DNA of 64,000 nucleotides from Escherichia phage EP75: sequence record MG748547; one strand, 5' to 3'. Shown piece by piece: positions 8,386 to 18,223 of this stretch (position 1 is its first letter; each line of letters starts with the position of its first letter). The notes under the pieces were generated by a model. It saw only the letters and a program-made list of their open reading frames with translations, ran no database searches and was not told where the DNA came from. The position numbers and the translations under genes were made by a program.

Positions 8386-9774
8386 TCAGACCTTCTGGGC
8401 TTGTCCTTTCTCTATTGGCGTCGGAGTTGGTGTAGAAGCCACAGTTTGACCAGTCTGAGGCGGTAAGACCTTCTGGATCATACTATCTTTGGCAATCTCG
8501 GCGACGCATTGATAATCATTTGTCAGGCGTGAAATCTTATGGCGTATCTTTGTGACGATATAATGGCCTGATGATAACTTACTTAACTCGGCAATGTTTT
8601 CATTAGATTTAGGGCGGTTCGACAAATCTTCAATATAATAAACCTGCCCAACATTCAGACGGTTATCCCCCACGACCAGCAAACGCATAACCGTTGACGC
8701 GAGGCTGAATTCTATAACGCGTCGTGCGTAATCTATTTGTTCGGCACCATCCGGTTGCGCTTCAATGTACCTAACGTTCTCGCGGTCGAATTGATCAGAG
8801 AACAAAGGGAAAGGATCAAGGTGAGCAGTGCTGTCGAACCATTCTGAATAAATGCGTTGGGTCGCTGTCGTGGATTTTGTACTAAAGTCATACACGCGCT
8901 CGTTCACTGCCAAGATATCCCGATAATTCGCCATGTACTGATCACGCGCCAGTTTCTTTTCAGCCTTGATGATAGTCCGCATGAAACGTTCTGAGTTGAA
9001 ATTGTTATCCTGCATCAACGGCGCATCTTGAGGGTCTCGGAAGAATTTCTTTTCAATAGAAGCCTCTTGCTTCTCTTCAGCAGTCATAGACTGGTTGCCC
9101 TGGTTGAACAATGTTGTCATGCTTTTGAAGTGATAACCCGTAAAGTCTTCATAGAAAACGAATGGCATGAATAATTCGTCATATGCACGGCTGGCCATAT
9201 AATCTATGGAGCGGAGTACAGGCCAAAGAGGGGTGGCGAACCTTTCTTGTATCCCATATGAAGGATCTATGTCTTCAAATTTGGTGCGTGAATTCAGTTG
9301 CTCAAAGATCTTAGCTGCCATCTCAGAATAAGAACCGCTTAATCCAAGAGATTTACGCAACATGCTATCTCGATACGCGTCTGTTGTCACCAAGTGTAAC
9401 CAGAATGCCTTTTTCGAAGAAGAGTTCGATTCATCAGCAACTCTCCCTACCCGACTGACTCGCAATGAAAGCGTAGTGTAGTCGGAAGCCGCAGGTGATT
9501 TGAACGATACCACTACTTCCTCACCTCCGAGGATTGGCATTGTATCCAATATATCCCAGCCTTCTTTGATCAGAATATTAGCTGTCAGCGACGGTGAAGC
9601 ATTCCCTTCCAGACCAAGATCCTGATATACGTTGAATTCTTGAAACAACGATGAAAGGTCATAAGGCTTGGGAGTACCGCCTTCAGGCGTGTGCGGTAAT
9701 ATCGCCATATATTTCAAATCAAATGTTGTGGACGGAGTTAAAATTCCGTCCTGGGATTCTTTATTTTCGATCAT
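8386..9774 (-). CDS. Putative baseplate/tail structural protein
   Basis: 462 aa. 4-nt overlap with the upstream gene, same operon as the tape-measure-like gene. Confidence 0.4.
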   Translation of the reverse strand: MIENKESQDGILTPSTTFDLKYMAILPHTPEGGTPKPYDLSSLFQEFNVYQDLGLEGNASPSLTANILIKEGWDILDTMPILGGEEVVVSFKSPAASDYTTLSLRVSRVGRVADESNSSSKKAFWLHLVTTDAYRDSMLRKSLGLSGSYSEMAAKIFEQLNSRTKFEDIDPSYGIQERFATPLWPVLRSIDYMASRAYDELFMPFVFYEDFTGYHFKSMTTLFNQGNQSMTAEEKQEASIEKKFFRDPQDAPLMQDNNFNSERFMRTIIKAEKKLARDQYMANYRDILAVNERVYDFSTKSTTATQRIYSEWFDSTAHLDPFPLFSDQFDRENVRYIEAQPDGAEQIDYARRVIEFSLASTVMRLLVVGDNRLNVGQVYYIEDLSNRPKSNENIAELSKLSSGHYIVTKIRHKISRLTNDYQCVAEIAKDSMIQKVLPPQTGQTVASTPTPTPIEKGQAQKV

Positions 9775-10328
9775 TTGGTCAGCTCCTGTTCCAGCTGATT
9801 AACAAAGGAAGAAACATAATCTGGGTCTAGAACCTGAATATTCCGTTTGGCTTCGTTTTTGTTTATAGCATCATCATGATATGTAATACCTGTCAGACCA
9901 TAGTTGGCGATAATCGTGGAATCATCCATAGAACCAAGGCCATATGCTAAACGTATTGCTCTAGGATCTGTTTCATGACCGAATTCGTCAACATAGTATT
10001 TCACATCCCACATTCCGTCAAGGCCGTATCGAGCCGTCAGTTCTTCAATGATACGGCGCTCTGGTTTTGGCCAGTCCTCTGTGATGTCCATGATACCATT
10101 GATAAGACATGGGATCCAAAACAGCTCGAAGGAACCGTAGACGCGTTCGGCAAAAGACCTTGGGGTTTCCCCATCGAAAACAGTATACGGCAGGAGAAGC
10201 CCTTCTATGTCCCTAATTTTCTTAACAACCATAACCCGTCGTGTTAAGTTCTGCAACAGGACTTGGTCATCCTCTTTGACACCAATTAATTGATGCCACA
10301 CGAGTGGAAATTTCTCAAAATATTTCAT
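9771..10328 (-). CDS. Putative baseplate/tail structural protein
   Basis: 185 aa, operon position only. Confidence 0.4.
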   Translation of the reverse strand: MKYFEKFPLVWHQLIGVKEDDQVLLQNLTRRVMVVKKIRDIEGLLLPYTVFDGETPRSFAERVYGSFELFWIPCLINGIMDITEDWPKPERRIIEELTARYGLDGMWDVKYYVDEFGHETDPRAIRLAYGLGSMDDSTIIANYGLTGITYHDDAINKNEAKRNIQVLDPDYVSSFVNQLEQELTK

Positions 10329-10340
10329 GGCATCTTCTCC

Positions 10341-11309
10341 TTAGAAGCTGTCGCCTTCGGTATCAAAGCGGCCTTTGTGCAACGGTTCTAGTTCTATAAA
10401 CGTCATGTCGATTTGTGTCGACACGATGCTGTCATCTTTGTGTACAGCATATGAAGAGTCAGGCGTCTCGTTGACAAACATATTTGATAGGACGCAAGTC
10501 GATATCCGATGCAACCATTTGTTGCGTTCTCCCTGGACCATGAACGTGATATCAAACGTGGATGGGTGAAGATAGAATGCGCTGGAATTCTTGTTGTATT
10601 TGTATTCTGGATACATGTGCATCTTGAATAAACGGATAATCTCCCGCACCATTTTCGCCTCTTTTTGCGATCTTGGAGTGAATTTGAATGTGAACGGGAT
10701 TTCTCGGTTGCGCACCCCTTGGAAAATCATCTCCACATACGGGTTGGTCATCGTACCTGTAAACAATTCTAATGTATCATGAGCATTAATTGTCGGCAAG
10801 AAAGGAATTGCTTCCGAAGCAGATTGGATGGCCTTTGTCGCCGCAAATCTCCCCATTTCTTTCCCAACATTCAAAGCATCCCCAAGTTTGAATTGACTCA
10901 TATCTTGGGCGGCGCGTGATAAAAATTGGGCACCCATACCTGCTAATCCCAACTCGGAGCCGTTCCAGCCAACGCCATAGTTGGTTGTAATGGATTCGGG
11001 CATACACAACACAATTGACTCGTTAGAGCGGACATGACGCGCCCAAGCATATTTGCTAATAGACCCCGATTTAGAACCATAAACCACAGGAGTCTTACCC
11101 AATGGATTTTGTATCGGATTTTCGACGGTTTGGGTTGTGGTGTCTCCATATGAAGAACCAGATATTCGGTTGATGTTGAATAGAACATAATGGCCGAGGG
11201 TTTTACCCCCTGTTATGTCTAATGGATAGACCAATTGCTTCTGAGACTTGGCCAAGCCTTTTGTGTTCAGAACTTTGATCTTATCGATGGTCGTCTTGAA
11301 ATTCGCCAT
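10341..11309 (-). CDS. Putative baseplate/tail-tube-associated structural protein
   Basis: 322 aa. First gene after the CTAAATA late-type motif at 11347-11353 (minus strand). Confidence 0.4.
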   Translation of the reverse strand: MANFKTTIDKIKVLNTKGLAKSQKQLVYPLDITGGKTLGHYVLFNINRISGSSYGDTTTQTVENPIQNPLGKTPVVYGSKSGSISKYAWARHVRSNESIVLCMPESITTNYGVGWNGSELGLAGMGAQFLSRAAQDMSQFKLGDALNVGKEMGRFAATKAIQSASEAIPFLPTINAHDTLELFTGTMTNPYVEMIFQGVRNREIPFTFKFTPRSQKEAKMVREIIRLFKMHMYPEYKYNKNSSAFYLHPSTFDITFMVQGERNKWLHRISTCVLSNMFVNETPDSSYAVHKDDSIVSTQIDMTFIELEPLHKGRFDTEGDSF

Positions 11310-11346
11310 GGTCTGAAGCCCTTTAATTAGAATAGAGTGATGACAC

Positions 11347-11353
11347 TATTTAG
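11347..11353 (-). promoter_or_regulatory. Late-type CTAAATA motif upstream of the tail/baseplate operon
   Basis: Minus strand CCTAAATAGTG lies 38 nt before ATG 11309. Confidence 0.4.
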
Positions 11354-11362
11354 GACTAGAAT

Positions 11363-12103
11363 ATGGCTATGTATCTCGTATACCAAATTACCAATCTGAT
11401 AAACAATAAAATATATGTTGGGGTTCATAAAGGAACTCCAGATGATGGTTATATGGGTTCTGGCCGAGTTATAACAAGAGCGATATTGAAATATGGTGTT
11501 GAGAATTTTCGCAAAGATATATTGAAAGTTTGTAAAACATCAGAAGAAATGTATGAAGAAGAATTCAGGATAGTGAATCAAGAATTTATAGATAGAGATG
11601 ACACATATAATTTAACATGCGGTGGGCGTGGTTCATTTACGCACATAAATTCGGATCCATTAATCAGGGCCAACGCTTCGGAGAAGGCTCTCAAAACCCT
11701 AAGTTTAAAATCAAAAGACGAATTACAAAGAATTTACAAATCTAGGGGATTTCCTGGAGAAAGAAATTTTTGGTTTGGTAAAAACAGGTCCGGTGAAAAT
11801 AACTCAAGATTTGGCTATGTAATGGAACAAGAAACAAAGGACAAAATAAGAAATTCCAACAAGAAAAGAGTGGAATCCGGCCTCGTGGATTATTCTAATT
11901 GCAAAGGACCAATCACAAAAGAAGGGAAGAACGCAATATCCCAAGCGAACTCCAGAGAATTCAAATTTGTTAATCCAGAAGGAAATTTGGTCACAGTTAT
12001 CAACCTTTCCAAATTCTGTAAAGAAAATGAATTGAGCGAAGGATCTATGAGACATGTCCATAACGGCCGAAACATACAACATAAAGGTTGGAGGAAAGCA
12101 TAA
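11363..12103 (+). CDS. GIY-YIG homing endonuclease (free-standing, Seg/Tev-like)
   Basis: N-terminus YLVYQITNLINNKIYVGVH..YMGSG..R..E..N matches the GIY-YIG core. AT-rich coding. Stop overlaps the next start (TAATG). Confidence 0.8.
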   Translation: MAMYLVYQITNLINNKIYVGVHKGTPDDGYMGSGRVITRAILKYGVENFRKDILKVCKTSEEMYEEEFRIVNQEFIDRDDTYNLTCGGRGSFTHINSDPLIRANASEKALKTLSLKSKDELQRIYKSRGFPGERNFWFGKNRSGENNSRFGYVMEQETKDKIRNSNKKRVESGLVDYSNCKGPITKEGKNAISQANSREFKFVNPEGNLVTVINLSKFCKENELSEGSMRHVHNGRNIQHKGWRKA

Positions 12104-12723
12104 TGGCATCGTATTTACAAGGAAAATTTATTCCCAACAATCCTCAAAAATATGTCGGAGACGTAAAAGATATTGTGTTTCGATCCTCTTTAGAATTGGT
12201 TGCATTCAAATTCTGTGACATGAATCCTGCTATCGTGAAGTGGGGTTCGGAAACTTGTGTAATCCCTTACATATCTCCGGTTGATGGCCGCGCCCATCGT
12301 TATTTCATGGATTTGAAGGTTTGGACTCGTCGGCAGGATTCCGATGAATTACAAATTACTCTTATTGAAATAAAACCCAAAGACCAGATTAAAGAACCTC
12401 GCAAAACTAAAACGATGAAGGAATCAACATTCAATAATTCAATGCGCACTTGGTTGGTAAATCAGGCAAAGTGGACAGCAACTAAAGAACATTGTGCAAA
12501 GGTAGGTTGGAAATTCATTATCTGGACAGAAGAACATTTGGTGCCAGGTGAAGACCCAGAAGTTAAAAAACAATTTGCTCTTCGTTCTAAGAAAAAGCGC
12601 GAAGTCGAAATGGAAGATCGACGCCGCGCTCAAAGGATTAATGCGTTGAAAGAGCAAATGAAGAAGGAAACTGCTAATAAACAACCAACGCAATCGGAAG
12701 ATGATGGTTTGTTATTACCCTGA
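12103..12723 (+). CDS. PD-(D/E)XK nuclease-fold protein, T4 gp4 head-completion-like (tentative)
   Basis: ATG 12103 preceded by GGAGGAAA. YxGxFxPxNPxKY..IVFRSSLE..IPY N-terminus and D..IEIKP motif. Homology recalled, not searched. Confidence 0.45.
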   Translation: MASYLQGKFIPNNPQKYVGDVKDIVFRSSLELVAFKFCDMNPAIVKWGSETCVIPYISPVDGRAHRYFMDLKVWTRRQDSDELQITLIEIKPKDQIKEPRKTKTMKESTFNNSMRTWLVNQAKWTATKEHCAKVGWKFIIWTEEHLVPGEDPEVKKQFALRSKKKREVEMEDRRRAQRINALKEQMKKETANKQPTQSEDDGLLLP

Positions 12724-12933
12724 TTTCCTTGGATGTCCAGGGGCAAAGCAAGTTTGTTTGTCCCTGCATATCATCCATCCATCAGCACGGGCTTGTCTAG
12801 CACAGTCTCCCCAAGATTCACCAGCATAAGACTTCATCCCACATCTGGGGTGATGTTCTTGCCAAGCCCAATTACAAGATTTGCATTCAACACACTCACA
12901 ATACAAATCGACGGTGTATCCTGCAGTAATCAT
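12715..12933 (-). CDS. Small Cys-rich protein
   Basis: 72 aa with CECVECKSC..C..C..C. Confidence 0.4.
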   Translation of the reverse strand: MITAGYTVDLYCECVECKSCNWAWQEHHPRCGMKSYAGESWGDCARQARADGWMICRDKQTCFAPGHPRKSG

Positions 12934-13341
12934 TTAGTCACCCAGATGATCATAAATTTTTTGACGGAATTCGTTCCCTTTAGCACAACCTGTAGCCAAC
13001 AGGCGAGTACCGCCCGTACCAATAACACTGATGGTCGAAAACTTCAGGATACGGCCTGTAATAGACTGGTCCACCTTAATGGTTTCTACTTTACCAAGAC
13101 GGAGTTCATCAGCATCACGACGAATAAATCCCCGTTTGACAATAACACGCTTGTTGGTGACTGCGAATTCAGTTGTCAATACATTTAAAATTGTTGGTAT
13201 CAGAAATAACAAGCTGAATCCAAATGTTGGGATAATCGTTAAAATAACCAGAACATAAATCCAAAAACCGCTCCACCAAGTCGGGCGGGTGAAAGCGATG
13301 ACATGTTCATTTTCGCCGAGCATGCGGTCTACATAACGCAT
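12934..13341 (-). CDS. Membrane protein with bacterial PH (bPH_2/YdbS-like) domain
   Basis: Two TM helices, then FAVTNKRVIVKRGFIRRD..ISVIGTGG, typical of bPH_2. Confidence 0.45.
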   Translation of the reverse strand: MRYVDRMLGENEHVIAFTRPTWWSGFWIYVLVILTIIPTFGFSLLFLIPTILNVLTTEFAVTNKRVIVKRGFIRRDADELRLGKVETIKVDQSITGRILKFSTISVIGTGGTRLLATGCAKGNEFRQKIYDHLGD

Positions 13342-13342
13342 T

Positions 13343-13864
13343 TTAATTCCTTACTTTGTCTGGGTTGGATAAGATTTGTTCGTATCCGACTTCGCCTTGA
13401 TCGTCGAAAACATGCTGAAGAATCGCCATATCGTCTACCATCCGATAAACTTCAATTCCAGCGTTCATCAATTTTTTGATTCCATCCATGATACGATATG
13501 GCTCTTGATAATATACTTTATCGATCTTGCCGTTGTCGATGATCTTCTGAGTGCAATCAGGGCATGGGCTATGTGTCACAAACATAACCAACCCTGTGAA
13601 ATCATCTGCATTTTCGGGGATACGCATTAGAGCATTTTCCTCCGCATGAATGACACACGGGTTTGTAACAATTTGCCCGTGTTGTTCCATCTCACAAACA
13701 TTCGGCATGCCAGGAGGCGTTCCGTTCCATCCGATAGCCACAGGCTGATCAGTTTCAGGGTTTACGATAACACAACCGACTTGCAGACGCCGAGCATAAC
13801 TGGTTACACCATATGCTGCAGCTGATCGCATATGGGCGAACATCATTCGTGGTTTGATAGCCAT
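13343..13864 (-). CDS. dCMP deaminase
   Basis: Zinc motifs HAEENAL and PCPDC, 173 aa. Confidence 0.85.
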   Translation of the reverse strand: MAIKPRMMFAHMRSAAAYGVTSYARRLQVGCVIVNPETDQPVAIGWNGTPPGMPNVCEMEQHGQIVTNPCVIHAEENALMRIPENADDFTGLVMFVTHSPCPDCTQKIIDNGKIDKVYYQEPYRIMDGIKKLMNAGIEVYRMVDDMAILQHVFDDQGEVGYEQILSNPDKVRN

Positions 13865-14181
13865 TATTTTACCAGAGCCTTTTCAAGTAAAAAGATCATG
13901 TCATCCTGGTCGGCGCGGCCAAAGATCTGACCGAGGGACACCATGGAATGAACCTCTTTGACAATCAGGTCTTTGCCTGTTACACCGCTGTTGTCCAATT
14001 CGAGAATTGTAGACATGCGCTCAACCATATGAGGTGGATGATTGATATAACGTTGAAGATACTTTTCACGCAACGCAATTTTTTCGATAAGATCTGACAT
14101 TTCTGCATTCTCTTCTGAATACAGACGTTCTTTAGATTTCAGTTCTTCGAGGCGTTCGTACATTTCTTTTAATGAAATCAT
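13864..14181 (-). CDS. Hypothetical protein
   Basis: Start moved to ATG 14181 (SD GGGAGAG). The longer track ORF would cover hairpin 14203-14225. Confidence 0.45.
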   Translation of the reverse strand: MISLKEMYERLEELKSKERLYSEENAEMSDLIEKIALREKYLQRYINHPPHMVERMSTILELDNSGVTGKDLIVKEVHSMVSLGQIFGRADQDDMIFLLEKALVK

Positions 14182-14202
14182 GTTTGTCTCTCCCAATAAA
14201 TT

Positions 14203-14225
14203 AAGGGGAAGTATACCTTCCCCTT
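14203..14225. terminator. Bidirectional hairpin
   Basis: AAGGGGAAG-TATAC-CTTCCCCTT. Confidence 0.45.
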
Positions 14226-14244
14226 TCTTCAATAACCTAAAATA

Positions 14245-14595
14245 TTATTCAGTACATGCTTTACCGAGGTCTGTAAGCCTATAGAATGTTACTTCAGACT
14301 TCGGCCAATGCTTATACTCTTCAGAGTTGTCATGAACCATTGTAAACGCAGGTTCTATCAGACCTTTAGACAACAAGGATTGACCTGAACGCGTATCCCA
14401 TGGATCACCCTTTACAGAACGAAACCCGCCAGATATCGGTGGCGCATGAAAAGTCCAAACCGTTTTCCCTTTATCGTTCGTCCAAGATTTGGGATTGAAA
14501 TACCAATGACAAAGGCGTCTGGCTTCACCTTTTTCAAAATTCAACATTCCTAAAAGGACGCAGAGTTGATGTCCTGTGATTCTTGGCTTTTTCAT
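14245..14595 (-). CDS. Hypothetical protein
   Basis: 116 aa, 4-nt overlap with the upstream gene. Confidence 0.45.
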   Translation of the reverse strand: MKKPRITGHQLCVLLGMLNFEKGEARRLCHWYFNPKSWTNDKGKTVWTFHAPPISGGFRSVKGDPWDTRSGQSLLSKGLIEPAFTMVHDNSEEYKHWPKSEVTFYRLTDLGKACTE

Positions 14596-14963
14596 AATAT
14601 ATCTCTCTTCTTCAACATGCGTTCCACCTCTGGCCAGTTCACGCAGGGGCGATTGGAAACTTCATCCCATACCAGAGGGCAGCCAAGAGCGGCGTCGTCG
14701 ATGTAAACCTGGGCATATGCCTTTGGAGACTCCGTCCAAGTCTTCTGTGATGGGTTTGTATTAACTCCATACAGAGGGATGCCACGGACATGGAACCAGG
14801 TTTTCGCTTGCTCCAATTCCGCACCAGAACGCATCGTGAACAAAATCAGCTGATGCCCTTTGGCAACGAGCCTCTTCAGGCAGGCATCAGCACCGATGTC
14901 CCGCCCGACCTTTGGGTATTCGTGGGTCACACAAGTCCCGTCAAAATCCACTGCAATGATCAT
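14592..14963 (-). CDS. HAD-superfamily phosphatase-like protein
   Basis: Motif I DFDGT in [11 protein letters not shown]. Small single-domain protein. Confidence 0.5.
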   Translation of the reverse strand: MIIAVDFDGTCVTHEYPKVGRDIGADACLKRLVAKGHQLILFTMRSGAELEQAKTWFHVRGIPLYGVNTNPSQKTWTESPKAYAQVYIDDAALGCPLVWDEVSNRPCVNWPEVERMLKKRDIL

Positions 14964-15292
14964 AAGATCCCCAAGTCAGTAAGGTAACGATAAAACAAGA
15001 TTATAGACAGAAATCCAATTAACACCCAAGACGACAGGATGGGCTTGCAATTTAGCGTAGTCTTTCCATTGGGTATGTTGGGACTTCCAGTAATAACAAC
15101 CGAATCCGTTTTAGCTCTCAGCGTCATGACAGAACCCATGAGGATGATTGGGCGCACATAATGCCCTTCATGATTGCGCTTCACGATACATGGTGAAGAA
15201 AATCGCAGGAACGGATCACCGCTTTTATAACCAAATAACTCGACCTTTTGTATTTCTTCGGGTACTTTCTGACCAGGAAAGAATATTTTCAT
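14960..15292 (-). CDS. Hypothetical protein
   Basis: 110 aa, overlapping stops and starts on both sides. Confidence 0.4.
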   Translation of the reverse strand: MKIFFPGQKVPEEIQKVELFGYKSGDPFLRFSSPCIVKRNHEGHYVRPIILMGSVMTLRAKTDSVVITGSPNIPNGKTTLNCKPILSSWVLIGFLSIILFYRYLTDLGIL

Positions 15293-15849
15293 AGCACAAT
15301 TCCTAAATTTGTGTATAACAACTCAGCCAGGGTTACAGGACGCTTGAATTGTTCCCAACTGCAGTTCAGGTATTCGCGCTCTTCGCGAATATTTTCGTGA
15401 AGATGACCATGGATATTATACGCCCAACGGTCTAATTGATAAGGAACATGTGTTGTCAACACACGGCCAACAGGCGTGTCACGTTCATACATAGCGCCGA
15501 AGGAGCTAATCCAGCCGTCCAGATACAGAGACAACAACATCTTAAAGCTGTCATGGTTGCCTTGTGCCACCCTGATGATAAAGTTCGGACGCCAGTCATC
15601 GGGAACGGGGCGGCGTTTGAACTCATCAATGTTTCGCTTGGCACCCTCTCGCATCAGGCGAATGAACCCTTCAGCCCCGATGAAGCATATATCACCAGCC
15701 AGTTCAAGAACGTCCCGAGACTTCAACCCCTGAAAGATACTGTCAATGACCGCAGCGTCATGGGCTTCCTGTGTATCAAATCCACGCGGTTTAAAGACCT
15801 TCTTATGCCCAAGATGAGTGTCACCAAGGTGCTTTACAATTCCCGCCAT
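15289..15849 (-). CDS. Calcineurin-like metallophosphoesterase
   Basis: Motifs GDTHLGH, GD, GNHD, HGHLH. Start set at the ATG overlapping the upstream TAA. Confidence 0.7.
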   Translation of the reverse strand: MAGIVKHLGDTHLGHKKVFKPRGFDTQEAHDAAVIDSIFQGLKSRDVLELAGDICFIGAEGFIRLMREGAKRNIDEFKRRPVPDDWRPNFIIRVAQGNHDSFKMLLSLYLDGWISSFGAMYERDTPVGRVLTTHVPYQLDRWAYNIHGHLHENIREEREYLNCSWEQFKRPVTLAELLYTNLGIVL

Positions 15850-16190
15850 TATGGTTTCCTCAGCCATTCTAAAATCGGCACTTTCACAAACCCTTTATGC
15901 CAACGATGCGGTTTGTGACCTCTATTATATTCGAGCAAACACGTGTCTGGTGGGACACTGAAGTGGATGCCTTCGATGTCGTAGTAATGTCCGTCAATCA
16001 GAGTATACACATGACCTTCGATCTGGCTGTAATGGATCTCTGCTTGAGGATACACATGCTTCAGAACCAGAGCAACCTGATAGCACTTTCCGTTCTTCCC
16101 AACATACTCAACATCCACCTGTTGTGGGAAGACGTCTTTGATAAGATTTATCAATCTCGTGATGTCATTTACAACAACTGAACGTTTCAT
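15849..16190 (-). CDS. Hypothetical protein
   Basis: 113 aa, packed in operon. Confidence 0.45.
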   Translation of the reverse strand: MKRSVVVNDITRLINLIKDVFPQQVDVEYVGKNGKCYQVALVLKHVYPQAEIHYSQIEGHVYTLIDGHYYDIEGIHFSVPPDTCLLEYNRGHKPHRWHKGFVKVPILEWLRKP

Positions 16191-16192
16191 CT

Positions 16193-16855
16193 CTATGATA
16201 ACTCATGGCGATGTCGAACACACGCAGGACAATCACAATTCTTTTTCAAAATTGGCAATTCACACCATGTCATTAAGTCATGTATTGGGGACATGTGATG
16301 ATAGAACCAAGATTTCTTGAGACTAATCAATGGATATAAAATTTCAATAGATCTTTCCCCGTCTCTGGTCATCATGTTGTATCCTTCAATAACTTTATTA
16401 AAGGCGGGTATCCAGTGTATTGCGTCATCGCCGTTAACATATGCCAAGATATACGTGGAAGGCAAGCCACTGCCTTTAAATTGCGTGTTTAATAACCATA
16501 TCGGGGCTTGTGCTAAACAAGCGCGAAAACCACCGTTCGGGACGTTGATGCTACTGATAGGTTCTTGATGATGTGTCCAACGATACATGAGAAGTGGGGC
16601 ATTTTTATTAATCCAGTTGTATATTTTATTCCTCGCCCAATTTTCGCGTTTAGATTTAAATTTATTATTTTCGAGGTGGCAATACACAGTATGAACTGAA
16701 TATCCTTTCGATAGCAACCAAATCAACATGTATGTGCTATCCACCCCACCAGACCAGAACAACGTCACTTCTTGATTATTCTGCGGCAATGGAGCATCCC
16801 CTTGAAGAACACGGTATACAAAATCACAATCAGATATTGAGACAACAATTTCCAT
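16193..16855 (-). CDS. PP-loop ATPase, QueC/ExsB-like
   Basis: PP-loop SGGVDS in LFWSGGVDSTYML. C-terminal Cys cluster CDCPACVRHRHE resembles the QueC zinc site. Confidence 0.55.
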   Translation of the reverse strand: MEIVVSISDCDFVYRVLQGDAPLPQNNQEVTLFWSGGVDSTYMLIWLLSKGYSVHTVYCHLENNKFKSKRENWARNKIYNWINKNAPLLMYRWTHHQEPISSINVPNGGFRACLAQAPIWLLNTQFKGSGLPSTYILAYVNGDDAIHWIPAFNKVIEGYNMMTRDGERSIEILYPLISLKKSWFYHHMSPIHDLMTWCELPILKKNCDCPACVRHRHELS

Positions 16856-17151
16856 TAAAATATTCCTCTTAAAGAATCATTTATCCTGCGCAATTCGTTT
16901 TCCACTTTTATCTTCATATTTTTATCGTCGTTCACGAAAATCATTTTATCTAAATCTTCGCCATTAATCTTTGTATAAAAATAAATGTCATGCTCAAAGA
17001 AAATCGTTTTTCCAACAGAACGCATGGCAAAGAACGTTGCAATAGTTCTTGGTAAAGGTTTGAATTTAATGGCATTGAAACGCAAAGCCTGATAGAGAGG
17101 TTTTAATGTTCCTAAGCGAATACAATGCTGGATAATTTCTTGCTCTTTCAT
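16855..17151 (-). CDS. Hypothetical protein
   Basis: 98 aa. 1-nt overlap with the downstream gene. Confidence 0.45.
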   Translation of the reverse strand: MKEQEIIQHCIRLGTLKPLYQALRFNAIKFKPLPRTIATFFAMRSVGKTIFFEHDIYFYTKINGEDLDKMIFVNDDKNMKIKVENELRRINDSLRGIF

Positions 17152-17206
17152 TTGTTGTGCGCCATAAAGATATGATGGTACAATGATAATACATTATACA
17201 AATAGA

Positions 17207-17226
17207 AAAGCCCCTTTCGGGGCTTA
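17207..17226 (-). terminator. Intrinsic terminator
   Basis: Minus strand AAGCCCC-GAAA-GGGGCTT followed by TTCTATTT. Confidence 0.65.
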
Positions 17227-17514
17227 TTTGTCTTCAGATTCGTATAAACGCCAATTGCCGATGCTAAACCACTCCCCCACATTATTTGAATATCTGGTTG
17301 TTCGGACTCCTCCGACTTCATACGCCCATTTGAAGAATTTCCATTTGGACGATAAAGAAGGACATTCGCTTCCGGATTTCAAAGAACACGCTGTGAGCCA
17401 ACGCGTAATACTGAGAGCCTGAAAAATCGGATGGATAAATGAAGAATACAATATCCAAAGCGTTATGGCAACAAAAACAATGGTCGTGATCACCCCGACA
17501 ATTTGAAAGAACAT
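17224..17514 (-). CDS. Small membrane protein
   Basis: N-terminal TM FFQIVGVITTIVFVAITLWILY, SD GGAGG. Stop lies inside terminator 17207-17226. Confidence 0.5.
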   Translation of the reverse strand: MFFQIVGVITTIVFVAITLWILYSSFIHPIFQALSITRWLTACSLKSGSECPSLSSKWKFFKWAYEVGGVRTTRYSNNVGEWFSIGNWRLYESEDK

Positions 17515-17590
17515 TTAAGAACCTCCAAAATATTGAACACAGACTATGAAGAAAACTATGATTGTAAACAACCATGAAACAAGGAAAGAT

Positions 17591-18223
17591 TCATCCTTCC
17601 ACCTTCAGCCCCATCAGGTCTTCCATGGTTTTCTGAATGCGTAGCCAGTCAAGCGCCGCATCATAACGAGGGTCATGATAGATCATACCTTCCAGTTCCC
17701 ACGCCTTGATACCAGCATATCGATCCTGCTGCCCAATACCCTTCAGCCAGCTTACGATGTCAAATGTGTGGTGATAGTCCCAAGGTTCGTTGGAATCTTG
17801 CTTACACGTCACCTCAATGATGTGCTGAGCCTTGCGTAGGTCAAACAGATTCCTATCACACCAGTCAACCGATCGCGGGTCGATCCCAAGGCGATGGCAT
17901 CCCTTGCGAATTTCATCGGCCAATTTGAAAATAGAAATATCCTTGTCGGTCGGATATAGACTGATAGCTCGGGCGGCGTCGCACGGGTTGCGTTTACCTG
18001 TACCCAGCCACCATTCCACAGTGCCCTGGTCTTTCACACGGCCAAGTTCAATCTGTTCTTTGACATCCAGTTTGATAAATGTCGTGCGCTCTACAACAAG
18101 CTGCTGAAGAGTATAACGCTTGGTCAGGTCGGCGATAGTCTGTGCCCAAGACAACATGACAGCATCATCCCAACGACCGAGAGTTTCGCTATCAGCGACG
18201 GCCAAGAAATTAGATTTATACAT
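17591..18223 (-). CDS. DEDDh-type 3'-5' exonuclease (DexA-like)
   Basis: ExoI DSE in AVADSETLG. ExoIII H-x4-D in YHDPRYDA. Confidence 0.5.
   Translation of the reverse strand: MYKSNFLAVADSETLGRWDDAVMLSWAQTIADLTKRYTLQQLVVERTTFIKLDVKEQIELGRVKDQGTVEWWLGTGKRNPCDAARAISLYPTDKDISIFKLADEIRKGCHRLGIDPRSVDWCDRNLFDLRKAQHIIEVTCKQDSNEPWDYHHTFDIVSWLKGIGQQDRYAGIKAWELEGMIYHDPRYDAALDWLRIQKTMEDLMGLKVEG

Noticed and set aside
16193-16855. Calling a complete 7-deazaguanine DNA-modification system from the QueC-like gene.
   Set aside because: No FolE, QueD, QueE, DpdA or Tgt candidates appear in the window. A single PP-loop enzyme is insufficient evidence.
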